Part shown: piece by piece, positions 39,101-49,927 of the stretch
Layout of the letters: each line of letters begins with the position of its first letter
Position numbering within the stretch: position 1 is the first letter of the stretch
Program-made: the position numbers and the translations under genes
Assembly: GCA_016839515.1 (NCBI GenBank)
Contig: JAEOUE010000031.1
Span: 1 to 58,446 of the forward strand
Origin: Candidatus Hodarchaeum mangrovi
GTDB lineage: Archaea; Asgardarchaeota; Heimdallarchaeia; Hodarchaeales; Hodarchaeaceae
DNA: 58,446 nt
Direction of reading: 5' to 3'
Notes under the pieces: model-generated
The model's input: the letters and a program-made list of their open reading frames with translations, nothing else
What the model was told of the DNA's origin: nothing
Database searches by the model: none

Positions 39101-41233
39101 ACAATCATGATATTTGGTAGTTACAAAGATAATACACTTGATCCAGTGCAAGGGAGGGATATTATCCTTGCTTATGATTATCTAGGTTTAAGCTCTCCTG
39201 TCACATTAGCTACTGTAACAACAAATACTTCAGGGGAATTTTCTCAGCCTATTTCTCTTCCAACCACAACTCCCTTGCGTGATATTATTATTTTTGGAAG
39301 AGATTCAACTAATCCGATTCCTCAAGAAGTCAGGATTAATATAACGAATATTAGGGTTGTTACTACAATTTCTCTTGCCGATTACTCTTTAAGTAGCTAT
39401 ACAGGCACCGCAATATATGTAGGAGAAACAGTTACAGCCTCTGGAACCCTTCTAGATGACCAAGGAGTGCTTATCACCTCTGTCGAATTAGCAAGCCGAC
39501 TTCGTGTAATTGGGTGGGATGGGTCTGCAGAAGTAGGAATTGCAGTAGTTGATTCTCCAGTTTCGGGTACTTACTCTATCAATTATCAAATTCCTAGCGC
39601 TTATAGTGGTTCTACCCTTAATATTCGATTAAATATTACATCCCATGCTAATCTAATCCACTTCCGCCCTACATACACACAAATCCTCCTTGATGTTTAT
39701 AATGATATTCAGCTCAATAATTGGCGTATCTATCTTCCAGCAAATGGAGGTACCCTATCATTAACCAATGGAAGTACGTTTGTCATCCCAGATGTAGCTA
39801 ACAAATCTATTGAAATCCGAGGAGAGCTGCAGGACCAAGCTAGTCGTCCTTTGGATTCTAAAGATATTAGAGATTATTGGAATGCTACAACTCAACTAAG
39901 AACATTGGGTGCTCTAGCTACCTTTAACCTTCCATATGGTTTTCCAGGATACACTAATGTTACAATAATCTGGCAATTGTATCACATTACGGATGAAGGA
40001 ACAACTTTATCTAAGAAATTTTATATTACTCTTAAATGGGAGGTTTATGACGAAACTGCACCTATTATCACAGTTGTCAGTCCAGCAGGTCTTAACTCCT
40101 CTGCACTTCCAAATAACCCGTCTACATTAATTGTTGTCGACATCACTGATCCTTTTAATAACATTGTTTCAGTAGGATTAAACCCTTCTACAGTTTATAT
40201 CTTCATTGATGGCTTTTCTACCTCAATGACTCAAACTGGCTCTAATGAATTTAGTTTTACTTGGGATACCTCCTCTGCAACTGATAAAATTTATACCATG
40301 TTTATTATAGCATATGATTTTGCCAATAATAAACAAAATATTACATTACTTGTAGTCATTGATATATTAGCACCTATTGGAACACTCGATGTTACTCAGA
40401 ATACAAATAATTACGTAAATATCACCTCGGGAGGTGATGTTATAATTTCTGGGACGCTTACTGAAGCTGTGTCGTCTACTGGTAGATCTAGTGGTCTAGA
40501 TGAATCAACAATATACCTTCAGATTATCAACAACACTGGTTTTACTATTGTAAATAGACTTGTTACTTTAACTGGAGGAACAGTTGAAGAACGATGGACG
40601 ATCATTTTAAACGCTGATGATCTTGAAAATATGGCACGAAATCCAGCTTTTATTTCTACATCTGAAAATTGGAAAATTCGTTTAGTGTTTAATGACCTTG
40701 CAGGAAATTCAGACTTTAAAGAGCTAGATGTAAAATTAGACAAAGATAATCCAACTATCACAATAGTAGAAGGCGAAGGCACACCTTCAATTGTAACTGA
40801 ACCATTTAGCTTTAATATTTCCCTTATAGATGATCAGAGTGGGATTAATTCTTCCACTATCTTTATACAAATTTATAATAACAACGATCAACTTATTGAT
40901 ACTATAATAAGCCCTAATATAGTAATTGAGCAAAAAACAACAAGTATATATCAGGTATCATATAATCCTGAACTATTACCCTCAGGAGTTTATTATATTC
41001 AAGCTCATGTATTTGATAATACAGGAAATACCAACTCTGTCAATGATGAAGTGTTTTTCATACCCCCTCGGCCCTCAACAACTACACCAACTACAACAAG
41101 TCCTCCAAATGGAGGCCCTTCTTTGGGTGGTGTGAATTTATTTACATTTATTATATTTGATATTCTAGCTCTTGCAGGGGGAGTTATTCTTGCCATAGTA
41201 TATGAAAAATATCGAAAACCAAAGATAACCTAA
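36200..41233 (+). CDS. giant cell-surface protein with Ig-like repeats and C-terminal TM anchor
   Basis: N-terminal signal/TM, repeated VPV...GVSLSI...TD.NG units, many N-x-S/T sites, PT-rich linker, TM plus KYRKPK tail. Confidence 0.85.
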   Translation: MKNIQRIISLNFFVILIISTIAISAVDYSSLATKKDYKGLSTIHTLRNKHFSQYSIAQFTNKEDFTRISLTKSLSQILNGSAPYNFFPGDIIRFTNRFTIPGQITTNYALLNHTVSIFLIKQGTLNPTNPTYFIKNSTTNGTQVGKFKLTENPAEGFIDTTITIPDLTTLEVTYGILPGDNVTIYQYLAPSLGSGAEGVPPYAYTDNFTLSAFPILSIGTGFVNPASGDNQFRQGENASFILTALSGSDPIDNTSISATIHYNSSEVQIANTTGLGIICYLRDVTTGLPRTSTDSNGQLRIIVVTTYPTTTEDNFFINITGDFIGTSVYSPEIPESRYANNKAQFTISNEMDTASITITLVTPSDYIRPPNVNFTIVTARIAIIYAYTGATYYIPNIPVRATLDTYPTGVSLSIASGYTNNGSGWALTDSSGYVEFNITSGFPIPYQLKTPTITVEADLANPSAPGGSYPSGPPNAPHRFIRGSGDKILISDNQMISIDPEFLIGQIGLYSYNASIIHPGESAVLEFEINSSQAPLINFVKVPVKFGLNQAIAGVSLSISGYTPYGNGYYLTDANGRIKITVSSTYLITPEIIQNVILDITIDFENDSNVRWMGTFHSGTATFAEYDKSWSTSQYSSLIINPQFILSNIILSTTNETGDTRIRPGDGLEVTFKVQEQGTGIALGRVPVNVSLMSTYAGVSLSIGSTHGGSAGPNYYYSTLTGLVSIILSTTYGITPKNLLIQLNATADFANDLLDVWHIGQIPSSGNFRSNFSYSYLIQNINVDPQYFTGIIYIPSDNQPVTPVQQTENFIIEYELKLRYQSLDNFPSIDDIVISILVNNSNPSVYNMAVIPSTSQDSSASSVTFQLQTNATGETPEGKYNITARADFGGGSSLVYNITHSTVPSGKLAGYWVNGSQTDAYSYINYIFEVKNQDRIVLQVTGVSDPIHTDEGYNPITTKYEVYRTTTTIMIFGSYKDNTLDPVQGRDIILAYDYLGLSSPVTLATVTTNTSGEFSQPISLPTTTPLRDIIIFGRDSTNPIPQEVRINITNIRVVTTISLADYSLSSYTGTAIYVGETVTASGTLLDDQGVLITSVELASRLRVIGWDGSAEVGIAVVDSPVSGTYSINYQIPSAYSGSTLNIRLNITSHANLIHFRPTYTQILLDVYNDIQLNNWRIYLPANGGTLSLTNGSTFVIPDVANKSIEIRGELQDQASRPLDSKDIRDYWNATTQLRTLGALATFNLPYGFPGYTNVTIIWQLYHITDEGTTLSKKFYITLKWEVYDETAPIITVVSPAGLNSSALPNNPSTLIVVDITDPFNNIVSVGLNPSTVYIFIDGFSTSMTQTGSNEFSFTWDTSSATDKIYTMFIIAYDFANNKQNITLLVVIDILAPIGTLDVTQNTNNYVNITSGGDVIISGTLTEAVSSTGRSSGLDESTIYLQIINNTGFTIVNRLVTLTGGTVEERWTIILNADDLENMARNPAFISTSENWKIRLVFNDLAGNSDFKELDVKLDKDNPTITIVEGEGTPSIVTEPFSFNISLIDDQSGINSSTIFIQIYNNNDQLIDTIISPNIVIEQKTTSIYQVSYNPELLPSGVYYIQAHVFDNTGNTNSVNDEVFFIPPRPSTTTPTTTSPPNGGPSLGGVNLFTFIIFDILALAGGVILAIVYEKYRKPKIT

Positions 41234-41323
41234 AAAATAATTAAATTAAAGAAAAGAAAAATAATAAGAATGATGGTATTAACATAAGCTATTTAGTAAC
41301 AGAAGAATTCAAATCAGGAAATA

Positions 41324-41833
41324 GTGATAAGAATGAGAACCTTAAATTATTTTGCGCAAGCTCAACCAAGTATCCCAATAGAAATTGCAATTCTCTTCAT
41401 TGGAGTTTTAGCCATAATTGGATTTTTAATTGTTTATTTCAGAAAACAGATATTAGAACGTCTAGGTGTAGGTGCTGTCAAGAAAACCATTATGGAACAG
41501 GAAATTGAACAGCGACTTGTCCAAATTCGACAACTTGCACGTCAACAAATGTTCCGTGAAGCTTCTATCCTAATGTGGCAAACTATGACCCTAGCTTCAG
41601 AAGGATTTTTAGGAGTGTCTCGGCAACCAAACGAATCAGCTCGTCAACTTGGTGTCAAACTTATGAATCGAGGAGATATAGATCCTAGTGCTATTAATGC
41701 GATTGTAATTGCATTTGAGAAAGCAAGATATGGTCAAACGCCTTTAACAACTCAAGAATTTAAGGATGGATTATCAGGATTACATCAATTTCTTCAAACA
41801 GCTACCTCTGTTGGGGAAATACCTATGGAATAA
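41324..41833 (+). CDS. DUF4129-like membrane-anchored protein
   Basis: N-terminal TM; G..R.PNES.R and FEKARYG motifs. Confidence 0.75.
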   Translation: MIRMRTLNYFAQAQPSIPIEIAILFIGVLAIIGFLIVYFRKQILERLGVGAVKKTIMEQEIEQRLVQIRQLARQQMFREASILMWQTMTLASEGFLGVSRQPNESARQLGVKLMNRGDIDPSAINAIVIAFEKARYGQTPLTTQEFKDGLSGLHQFLQTATSVGEIPME

Positions 41834-41879
41834 AATTGATAACAATAAAAAACGTAACTCATATAATGTGGGTCAAATT

Positions 41880-43592
41880 ATGGTAGAAATTAACCGAAGT
41901 AGTGCTGTTTTGATCGTCCTAGCAATTATAATTAGTTATCCTTTTATTTCAGCTTCATTATTAGGCTTTATTTTTAATCGCAGTTCTACGGACTTTTCGA
42001 TTTATAATACTGGTTGGAATGGGGTAAGTGAGTTCAAACAGAAATTTATTGATCATCCAAATCAGGGAAAAATCTCTACCATTGTGGGAAGCAGTAATAT
42101 TCTCAACAGACTAAATGCAACAGAGAAGAATAATTCACTTATTATATTAGGACCAGCTATTCATTATGACTTTTCAGAAGCACTAGCTATCCTTATGTTT
42201 GCTATTAATGGAGGACGTGTTTTAATAGCTGACGATTTTGGGACAGCAAACGATATTTTAAGCGTTTTGAACATTTTCTTAGGATTGATGTCCCAAATAA
42301 ATTTAGGGGATCTTGGACTTGATGGTATGAATCTTTTCGGAATGGATAGTGGTACAGGAAATATGCAGGGAACTTTAAATACTACAGGCTCTAATGTATC
42401 GTTCAATTTTCCGATTGCCGGAATCGCAATAAACGGAAGTCTTTTAGCTGATCAAGGTAGCTATTACGAAACCCCACTCACCCCTATATTTCATTCACCA
42501 GAAACCACTGCACAAGAAGGTACGTCTTATCAAATGCCAGCCCCTTGGGTCTCAGATTTTACGAAAGGATTTTCGGGAAATGGAGTCATTGGTAATTTTG
42601 CTTCAATAATCACAATGAAAGTACGATATCCAAATCGGACAGATCCTGGTTATCCTGAAAATCCACCTTACATAACTAAATGGGTTCCTATGAGCGAATT
42701 CCCTGCAGAAGTATCCGAATCTTATAATTTAGAAGAATATAACATTGAATTACCTGATATATCTTTCAGTATGCAAATTGCAGTGTTATATAGTAGTACT
42801 GAGGCGTGGATGGAATCAGATATTAATGCAGCAAAATCAAATGTCAACAATATTGAGCCTGATTTGAATGAATGGGGAAATCCAAATATAGGATTTCCTG
42901 TTTTTGTTTATTTTCCTTTTCCATTAGGAGGACAGATCATAATATGTTCTGACCCCTCTATCTTTATAAATCGTTATTTAGATGAAAATACTTATACAGA
43001 GGCTGCAACGTATGATAACGGACAATTTGCAGATAATCTTATCGATCTACTTATGGAGGGACGAGAAAGTCAAACAATAATCTTCGATGAGGGACATCTA
43101 GCAAATCATCCACTCTCTCCTATCTTACCTCTGAGTCTTTATCTTAAATTTCTTGATATGATTACAATGTTTCCTTTATTTGCTTGGGCTCTCCCTATAA
43201 TCGCTATTATCTTGTCTAGAAAGTTCATGCCCAAGAGAACGCAAGCAAAACCATTACTCCTCACTCGTGTTGAAAGATATTATGGAAGAAGTTTCTTCGC
43301 AGTGAAGATGCGATGGTTCCTAGAGTATAAACAATATTCTAGGGGATTAGAATTAATATATCGAAGATTAAAGCGTAATATAGCTCGTAGATATAATCCA
43401 GATGTTGAACTCACTCCGGATGTTATCTCAACCTATTTACTGAGTGAGTTTCCTGATCGTTTTAATCAAAAGAAACTTCTTGATGGACTTGTTTCTATTG
43501 AAAATATAATTGAAACAAGAGCCCCGCTTTTAGAAGAAGAATTTCTCAATCATTATTTATTCCTAAAATCCATTGGAATAGAAATTAGCTAA
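41880..43592 (+). CDS. DUF4350-like membrane protein
   Basis: FSIYNTGWNG.S, GGRVLIADDFG.AN, SDPSIFIN, IFDEGH; N- and C-terminal TMs. Confidence 0.8.
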   Translation: MVEINRSSAVLIVLAIIISYPFISASLLGFIFNRSSTDFSIYNTGWNGVSEFKQKFIDHPNQGKISTIVGSSNILNRLNATEKNNSLIILGPAIHYDFSEALAILMFAINGGRVLIADDFGTANDILSVLNIFLGLMSQINLGDLGLDGMNLFGMDSGTGNMQGTLNTTGSNVSFNFPIAGIAINGSLLADQGSYYETPLTPIFHSPETTAQEGTSYQMPAPWVSDFTKGFSGNGVIGNFASIITMKVRYPNRTDPGYPENPPYITKWVPMSEFPAEVSESYNLEEYNIELPDISFSMQIAVLYSSTEAWMESDINAAKSNVNNIEPDLNEWGNPNIGFPVFVYFPFPLGGQIIICSDPSIFINRYLDENTYTEAATYDNGQFADNLIDLLMEGRESQTIIFDEGHLANHPLSPILPLSLYLKFLDMITMFPLFAWALPIIAIILSRKFMPKRTQAKPLLLTRVERYYGRSFFAVKMRWFLEYKQYSRGLELIYRRLKRNIARRYNPDVELTPDVISTYLLSEFPDRFNQKKLLDGLVSIENIIETRAPLLEEEFLNHYLFLKSIGIEIS

Positions 43593-43619
43593 AATAAATT
43601 AAAGATCAATTTAGTTGAA

Positions 43620-44681
43620 GTGGAAAAAATGAGCAAACTTGACACTAAAGAAAAAGACTTCACCGGAGACGATCTCTCATATGAAATGCTTGAAGTAAAT
43701 GATGTTGCCAGAGCATATCAACAGATTATGGGAGAAATCCGTAAAGTCTATATAGGAAGAACCGAGATTTTTGAAATGTTATGGATTGCAATGTTAACTG
43801 GGAAACATGTCTATCTAGAAGGTGTTCCAGGGATTGGAAAGACATACATGGCAAATTCCTTCTCAAAATGTCTCGGAACAGCTTTTAGCCGTATTCAGTT
43901 CACTCCTGATATGCTTCCTTCAGACATTGTGGGAACTAATATTTTTAATCCGAAAACAGGGACTTTTCGTCTAAAAAAAGGCCCTATTTTTGGAAATGTT
44001 ATCCTTGCTGACGAAGTTAACCGTGCCCCTCCAAAAACTCAATCTGCAATGCTTGAAGCGATGGCAGAAGGGCAGGTTTCAATCGAAGGTGAAACCCATA
44101 AACTTGAAAAACCTTTTGTAGTATTAGCCACAGCAAATCCTGTTGAACAGGAAGGTACCTATCCTCTTCCTGAAGCACAACTTGATCGATTCATGATTAA
44201 AGTTATAATTCACCATTCTTCTCCTGAAGATGAATTGAGAATTATTAAATTTAAAAATGAACCTGTACCTGCAACTATCAAACAAGTTGTTTCACCTCAA
44301 ACTATTGTTGCTATGATGGAAGTTGTAAAGCGTGTTTATGTATGTCCAGAGATACTAGAAATGATACGTGATATTACTGTTGCCACGCGAACGGATCCCA
44401 GGTTGGTTTTGGGCTGTTCACCTCGTGGTAGCGAGAGTTTACTGTTGGCTGGAAAGTCAAGAGCTGCGATCCATGGACGTGATTATGTTATTCCTGATGA
44501 TATTTTGTTGATGATTCCTCACATTGTTCATCATCGTGTTATTCTCAAACCCGAAGCAGAGCTTGAGGGTATCACACAGATCCGTATCTCTGAGGATATT
44601 CGTGATAATATCGTAATTCCCGTTGACCCAACCGAAGAAGAAATGGTTTATGAAGAATATGTTGAAGAGGTAGAAGAATAG
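43620..44681 (+). CDS. moxR: MoxR-family AAA+ ATPase
   Basis: [52 protein letters not shown]. Confidence 0.96.
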   Translation: MEKMSKLDTKEKDFTGDDLSYEMLEVNDVARAYQQIMGEIRKVYIGRTEIFEMLWIAMLTGKHVYLEGVPGIGKTYMANSFSKCLGTAFSRIQFTPDMLPSDIVGTNIFNPKTGTFRLKKGPIFGNVILADEVNRAPPKTQSAMLEAMAEGQVSIEGETHKLEKPFVVLATANPVEQEGTYPLPEAQLDRFMIKVIIHHSSPEDELRIIKFKNEPVPATIKQVVSPQTIVAMMEVVKRVYVCPEILEMIRDITVATRTDPRLVLGCSPRGSESLLLAGKSRAAIHGRDYVIPDDILLMIPHIVHHRVILKPEAELEGITQIRISEDIRDNIVIPVDPTEEEMVYEEYVEEVEE

Positions 44682-44724
44682 TCTAATTATAATATTCACC
44701 TCCCTCTATGTATAAAAAAAATAG

Positions 44725-46194
44725 GTGAAAACATCGATGCTTTCCTCTCGTGGTGCTTTTATAGCAATAGGCGGAATTCTTTTACTTTCCGTTGGTTTAA
44801 GTGCTAAAGGTATTGGCACAGTTACTACAATGATCCCGATTTTATTTGCAGGAGAAGGTTTTACACCAAATCCCTCTGAAAACACTACATCAGGATTAGA
44901 ATGGTTAGAAGCCTTTGAAATCTTGAATGAATCTCCAATTGTTGATTATGGTATGTTTCTAGGTACACTTCTCGTTCTAGCAAGTGTTATTGGTTTACCC
45001 TTCTTCAGAGCTTCGTCCAATGCATCTCTAATCAGAGTTACAAGAAAAGTGGATAGAGAGAAGGCATTTGCTGGGGAATATATCCATGTTACAGTACGTA
45101 TAGAAAATACTGGTATGAGGAGATTAGACTTTCTAGAAATTTATGACGCAATCCCAGATATGTTTGAAATTGTTCTTGGTGAAAATTTCATTATTACTCA
45201 ACTTTCTGGTAAAGAAACTAAAGAATTCTCTTATATTATCCAAGTTAGCACAAGAGGAGTTTATCGTATTGGACCGACAAAGGTCATAATCCATGATCGA
45301 CTTGGATTTTATTTTGAAGAAAATGTTCGCCATTTTTACACTGAAATTCTTTGTTATCCATCATATGAAGATATTCGTCGAATGGAAGCCCTGAGTAAGC
45401 GTCGACAACAGGGAAAAATGTTTGGGGCCCATAAAACCAGATTGAAAGGAATGGGAGATGATTTTCATGCTCTAGCACGTTATTATCCAGGTGCACCCTT
45501 CAAATCACTAGATTGGAAAGCTTTCAGTCGAACTGGAGAACTTATGGTTCGAGAGTTTGAAGCAGAAAAAAATATTCGTATGGTTGTTTTTTTGGATCAT
45601 AGCGGTAGCATGGGAGCAGGAATACCATATAACACTAAACTTGATTTTGCTATACGTTCTACTATGCTTGTCATGAAGATGGCAGAGGAAAGACAGGATC
45701 TTTTTGGTCTTATTACTTATTCAGATCGACCTACATCGTTTATCAAGCCTGGTGGGGGAAAAGCAATGTTTTTTCAGCTCTTAGAAATTCTTGCACTTGT
45801 TGAACCACAGGGGAGATCAGATCCCCTAGCAGCAGTAGATTTTGTTATGCAACGTGTTCCTAGAGCTTCGTTTTATGTATTTTTGACTGATTTGGAGTCT
45901 TCTGATTCAGAAATATTCACAGAAGCTGCAAAACGAGCAAGATCAATGAAAAATCATATTACAGTTATTTCGCCTTTTGGCCCATTATTTGAAACCAAAC
46001 TAACAGATCTAACTGCTACTGAACGAGCTATTGCAGAAGCGATTTTTGAAGAATATCTTGGATATAGGAAACAAGTAGAAGATCGTCTTCGTGGTATAGG
46101 TGTTGAAATCATTAATGTTGGTCCCGATGATATCTTACCGAATGTCATTAAAACATATACAGAAGGAAAAAAGATAGGAAAAGGAATGGTGTGA
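44725..46194 (+). CDS. DUF58 (vWA-like) membrane protein, MoxR partner
   Basis: RGVY.IGP, G.GDDF..L..Y.PG, DWKA.SR, MVREFE.E, D.SGSM MIDAS. Confidence 0.92.
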   Translation: MKTSMLSSRGAFIAIGGILLLSVGLSAKGIGTVTTMIPILFAGEGFTPNPSENTTSGLEWLEAFEILNESPIVDYGMFLGTLLVLASVIGLPFFRASSNASLIRVTRKVDREKAFAGEYIHVTVRIENTGMRRLDFLEIYDAIPDMFEIVLGENFIITQLSGKETKEFSYIIQVSTRGVYRIGPTKVIIHDRLGFYFEENVRHFYTEILCYPSYEDIRRMEALSKRRQQGKMFGAHKTRLKGMGDDFHALARYYPGAPFKSLDWKAFSRTGELMVREFEAEKNIRMVVFLDHSGSMGAGIPYNTKLDFAIRSTMLVMKMAEERQDLFGLITYSDRPTSFIKPGGGKAMFFQLLEILALVEPQGRSDPLAAVDFVMQRVPRASFYVFLTDLESSDSEIFTEAAKRARSMKNHITVISPFGPLFETKLTDLTATERAIAEAIFEEYLGYRKQVEDRLRGIGVEIINVGPDDILPNVIKTYTEGKKIGKGMV

Positions 46195-46197
46195 AAA

Positions 46198-47553
46198 ATG
46201 CCCGCAGGACAACGTACAGCTCATTTTTTCAGAATTTTATATTTTAGCTTATTCATATTTGTATGCCTATTAATCTTTTTTCCAGGATTGACCATCGATC
46301 CTTCCATTATAGATATTTCCCAAGTTTTTAAAATTTTGGATTATATAATGATTATTGTACAGCTTCTTGTTTCATTGCTAGGAACGTTGGTCATTCAAAT
46401 TACTTATGCACTTCTGTCTGTAAAATCTCGTTTACCTTTCATAGGAGACTCGGCTTTTGGTGCAATCGATGGTTCTGATATCCAAACGCAAATCACTGCT
46501 CTTTTAAATCCTCAAAATAATTTATTTCCCCATTCTAGTATAGCTAATATTGGAGAAGAAGTAATTACTGATTTGTTCAACTTTTTTGGAGCAACAATTA
46601 TTCTCATCTTAATACCTATAGCCATTTTATCTGGCATTGGTTTTCTTCGAGAAGGTGATACTAAACTAGCTATTTACTCTTTCTTGGGTTTCCAATTAAT
46701 TATAATTATAGCTATTTTTACCGAAAATATTCTTATATCAACAGTAATTAACTCAAATAGTTTACTAGATTTACTTTTCAGCCCTTTGTTTACAATTGGT
46801 TTTCTTCTTTATTTACTACTTGAGGTTGCTTTTCAAACATCCTATACATTAAACATCATCGAACCAATGACCGAAAGAGAAAAGCGTATTCAAGGACATT
46901 TAAAACGGATTCGTACATTTGTACCACGAACAGAAGAACAGGAGAAAGGAAAAGAACAGACTGTTCAAAGCATCCAATCAAAGAAATTTGGTCTTCTCGC
47001 TTCTAGCTACCTTCGGGAAATGGTAGAGAACCGAATATTTCGGAAAGGGGAAAAAGAACAAGATAGTAAATCCACAATGCGACTTCAATCTTATTTAGCA
47101 AATCTTCACCAGTCCGATCCTGAGGTTGAATTAAAATTAGCTGCAAAAACGGCCCAACCAGATATTTCAGCATTAATGAAACATTTTATTCCAGCAATGA
47201 TTTTTAGAGTCGTAGCAGTAATTCTGCTATCTTACATTATAATGGCACCCGAAGGATTATTAAATATCTTTGTTAAAGCAGCCTTTCCTGCTTTATTAGA
47301 CAGTTTAGAATTATCTCAACCAGAATTCCGAACAATAGCAATAATAAATGTTGCTCTATTATTCATCCTAATTGGTGCTATTCTGCATTATCTATCAAGT
47401 GGAAGGACTGCAAAAATTATTGAAAGAGTTGTTCAACAAATAGATACCATTGTTGAATTTGATAGAGGCCCTAAAACATCTACTTCAGCAGAATCCATTG
47501 AAGAAGAAAAAGAGGGTATAGCTGAACCAGTGAAAGAAGAAGAAATCAGTTAA
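46198..47553 (+). CDS. hypothetical polytopic membrane protein
   Basis: About seven TMs, central cytoplasmic helical loop, acidic tail; operonic. Confidence 0.75.
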   Translation: MPAGQRTAHFFRILYFSLFIFVCLLIFFPGLTIDPSIIDISQVFKILDYIMIIVQLLVSLLGTLVIQITYALLSVKSRLPFIGDSAFGAIDGSDIQTQITALLNPQNNLFPHSSIANIGEEVITDLFNFFGATIILILIPIAILSGIGFLREGDTKLAIYSFLGFQLIIIIAIFTENILISTVINSNSLLDLLFSPLFTIGFLLYLLLEVAFQTSYTLNIIEPMTEREKRIQGHLKRIRTFVPRTEEQEKGKEQTVQSIQSKKFGLLASSYLREMVENRIFRKGEKEQDSKSTMRLQSYLANLHQSDPEVELKLAAKTAQPDISALMKHFIPAMIFRVVAVILLSYIIMAPEGLLNIFVKAAFPALLDSLELSQPEFRTIAIINVALLFILIGAILHYLSSGRTAKIIERVVQQIDTIVEFDRGPKTSTSAESIEEEKEGIAEPVKEEEIS

Positions 47554-47571
47554 TTTTTTAGAGGAATTTCA

Positions 47572-48105
47572 ATGCCAAAGCTCGATCCTGATAGTATAAA
47601 AGCAAGAAAGACTTTAACGAAAAAAATTGCTGGGTATGGAGATTATGAGAAACAGAATGAACGAAATAAGACAGAAGGAGCCCTTAGAAATTACCTCGAG
47701 ACAAGGCTTTCTAATTCCTCTGACGATATAAAAAAGATCCAAGAAGCAGCATTAATGAGTCAAATGATTACTACGTGGTCAGATCTTGATAGGCTAGTGT
47801 CAAGTTTTTCTGATTTACGATTATTACTAGACAATACTGATTATGGAATAAGTACTTTCTTCGATTCAAACGTAATTAAAGAATTTGATTTGAGTTACCT
47901 TTATACTCTGGAAAATACTATTGTTGATATTATAGACAGACTTAAAGGTAAAATAAGTAAATTTAATGATTCAATCGAAAGCGGGATGCTTTCTGATAGT
48001 AGTAGAATCACTAATGAAATCCTAGATGATCTATCTGCAATTCGAGACGCTTGGGAAGAACGTAGGAGATTAATTTTTGATTTCCAAAAACTAGGATTAG
48101 TTTAA
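47572..48105 (+). CDS. hypothetical helical protein
   Basis: KIAGYGDY...ER......LR motif recalled from an uncharacterised family; GAGG RBS. Confidence 0.65.
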   Translation: MPKLDPDSIKARKTLTKKIAGYGDYEKQNERNKTEGALRNYLETRLSNSSDDIKKIQEAALMSQMITTWSDLDRLVSSFSDLRLLLDNTDYGISTFFDSNVIKEFDLSYLYTLENTIVDIIDRLKGKISKFNDSIESGMLSDSSRITNEILDDLSAIRDAWEERRRLIFDFQKLGLV

Positions 48106-48314
48106 TTCAATCTTCCGAACCTTTCATTCTGCTTTAAACTAGAAATACCCATTCAAGTCAATTCAAATTATCTTCTTGGTAAATTGAATAAGAAGATATG
48201 CTAATACTAAATTGTAACCACTTTTTAATCAAAAATATCCTTAAATATTTATACTTCTCCAAATTCTTGGGTCTCAGGTCTTAAAACCTCTAAAAATGAC
48301 CTTCCAAGTTTGTA

Positions 48315-49607
48315 TTGAATGGTGATTTTAGTTTGAATGAAGAAAAGGAAATAAATCGTTACATTACGATAAAAATTCCAGCAATTTTGATTCCAGCAGT
48401 TTTAATTCAACTTTGTCTCGGATCGATTTATGCTTGGTCAAAATTTCAGACTGCTTTGAACAGTGCTAGTGGCGTATATGTTTGGGAAAAGTTATTAACT
48501 CAATTACCCTTTACATTCGGATTAGCATTCTTTGCAATTGCTATGATTTTTGCAGGGAGATGGCAAGATCGGGTAGGTCCTAAAAAAGTAGCTACTATTG
48601 GAGGAATTCTCCTTGGAGTAGGATATTTGCTTGCAGGATTTGTTGATATAATTGCTCAAGGAGACCAACTCCTTGGATTCATCTGGCTTGCAATTTCATA
48701 TGGCGTAATCAGTGGTGTGGGAATAGGTTTCGCATATGTGTGTCCAATAGCTACCCTAGTAAAATGGTTCCCTGATTACAAAGGACTTATAACAGGTGTT
48801 GCAGTAGCAGGATTTGGCCTAGGAGCATTTTTCTTGCTTTATATTGAGGAATTTTTAATTTTATCAATCGGGAACGGAAAAATCGGTATTGCTTTTTGGA
48901 TACTCGGATTAATATTCATTCTAACTGTTGTACCTTCTGCTCAATATCTTAAAAATCCTCCCAAAGGTTGGACTCCTCCAGGGTTTACTTCTCAATCAAC
49001 AAAAATGACAATCAAAGGTAAAAAAGATTATGAACCATTGGAAATGATAAAAACACCGCAATTTTGGCTTCTCTGGGGCATGTTTATACTTGCTGCGAGC
49101 GCGGGACTTATGACTATCGGAAATGTTACTACTTTTATAGGAAATACATTATCTGATCAAGGAATTCTTGAATATAGTGTTCTTGCAGTCACAGCAGGAT
49201 CGTTATTAGCTATTTTCAATTCAGCAGGTCGAATAGTTTGGGGAGCTGTTTCTGATCGACTTGGACGAATAATAACAATGATTTTAATGTTTGGAACCCT
49301 TGGTGTGGCAATGTTTTTCTTTGGTATTCAAACTGAATATTTATTCCTGCTCATTGGGGCCTGTATTATTGGTTTTTGCTTCGGTGGGAACTTCGCACTT
49401 TTCCCATCAGCTACAGATGATTATTTTGGTACTAAAAATCTTGGAAGAAATTATGGGATAATATTTACAGCTTATGGGATCGCAGGGGCTTTAGGACCTT
49501 TTATTGCTGGTATTTTACCTTATAAGGATGCGTTTCCTTTACTGGGATTATTGGCATTTCTTGCAGTTGCATTAGCTGTCGTAGCTGAATACTTAGCCAG
49601 AAAATAA
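48315..49607 (+). CDS. MFS transporter, oxalate/formate antiporter (OFA) family
   Basis: LGSIYAWS, GRWQDRVGP, KWFPD.KGL.TG, FNSAGRIVWG.VSDRLGR, G.NYG. Confidence 0.9.
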   Translation: MNGDFSLNEEKEINRYITIKIPAILIPAVLIQLCLGSIYAWSKFQTALNSASGVYVWEKLLTQLPFTFGLAFFAIAMIFAGRWQDRVGPKKVATIGGILLGVGYLLAGFVDIIAQGDQLLGFIWLAISYGVISGVGIGFAYVCPIATLVKWFPDYKGLITGVAVAGFGLGAFFLLYIEEFLILSIGNGKIGIAFWILGLIFILTVVPSAQYLKNPPKGWTPPGFTSQSTKMTIKGKKDYEPLEMIKTPQFWLLWGMFILAASAGLMTIGNVTTFIGNTLSDQGILEYSVLAVTAGSLLAIFNSAGRIVWGAVSDRLGRIITMILMFGTLGVAMFFFGIQTEYLFLLIGACIIGFCFGGNFALFPSATDDYFGTKNLGRNYGIIFTAYGIAGALGPFIAGILPYKDAFPLLGLLAFLAVALAVVAEYLARK

Positions 49608-49627
49608 TTTTTAGGTTAGAAAATTTT

Positions 49628-49662
49628 AGCGTCAGAAGTTTTGACGCTTTCCCTTATTTTTT
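49628..49662 (+). terminator. hairpin plus T-tract terminator after the OFA transporter
   Basis: AGCGTCA/TGACGCT stem followed by a pyrimidine/T run. Confidence 0.5.
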
Positions 49663-49927
49663 TATTAATTATCACCTTTTTTTCTTGAATCAATCATGGC
49701 TTCAAGTAGTATTTATAAAAAACTCAGTTAAAAAACAGTGAATTTAGTCTGTCAGAAATATTGAAATTAAGATGATCCTATAGCTAATTACATATTAATT
49801 ACTAATTGAGAAATAAACTTCTTATAAATTTCTTAAAATGCTTTGAATCAGATTGCAGGGAAGTAAAATCCCCTGTAAATAAATTTATTAATTTGAATTT
49901 TCACGAAATGTAATGATAAACTAACGA

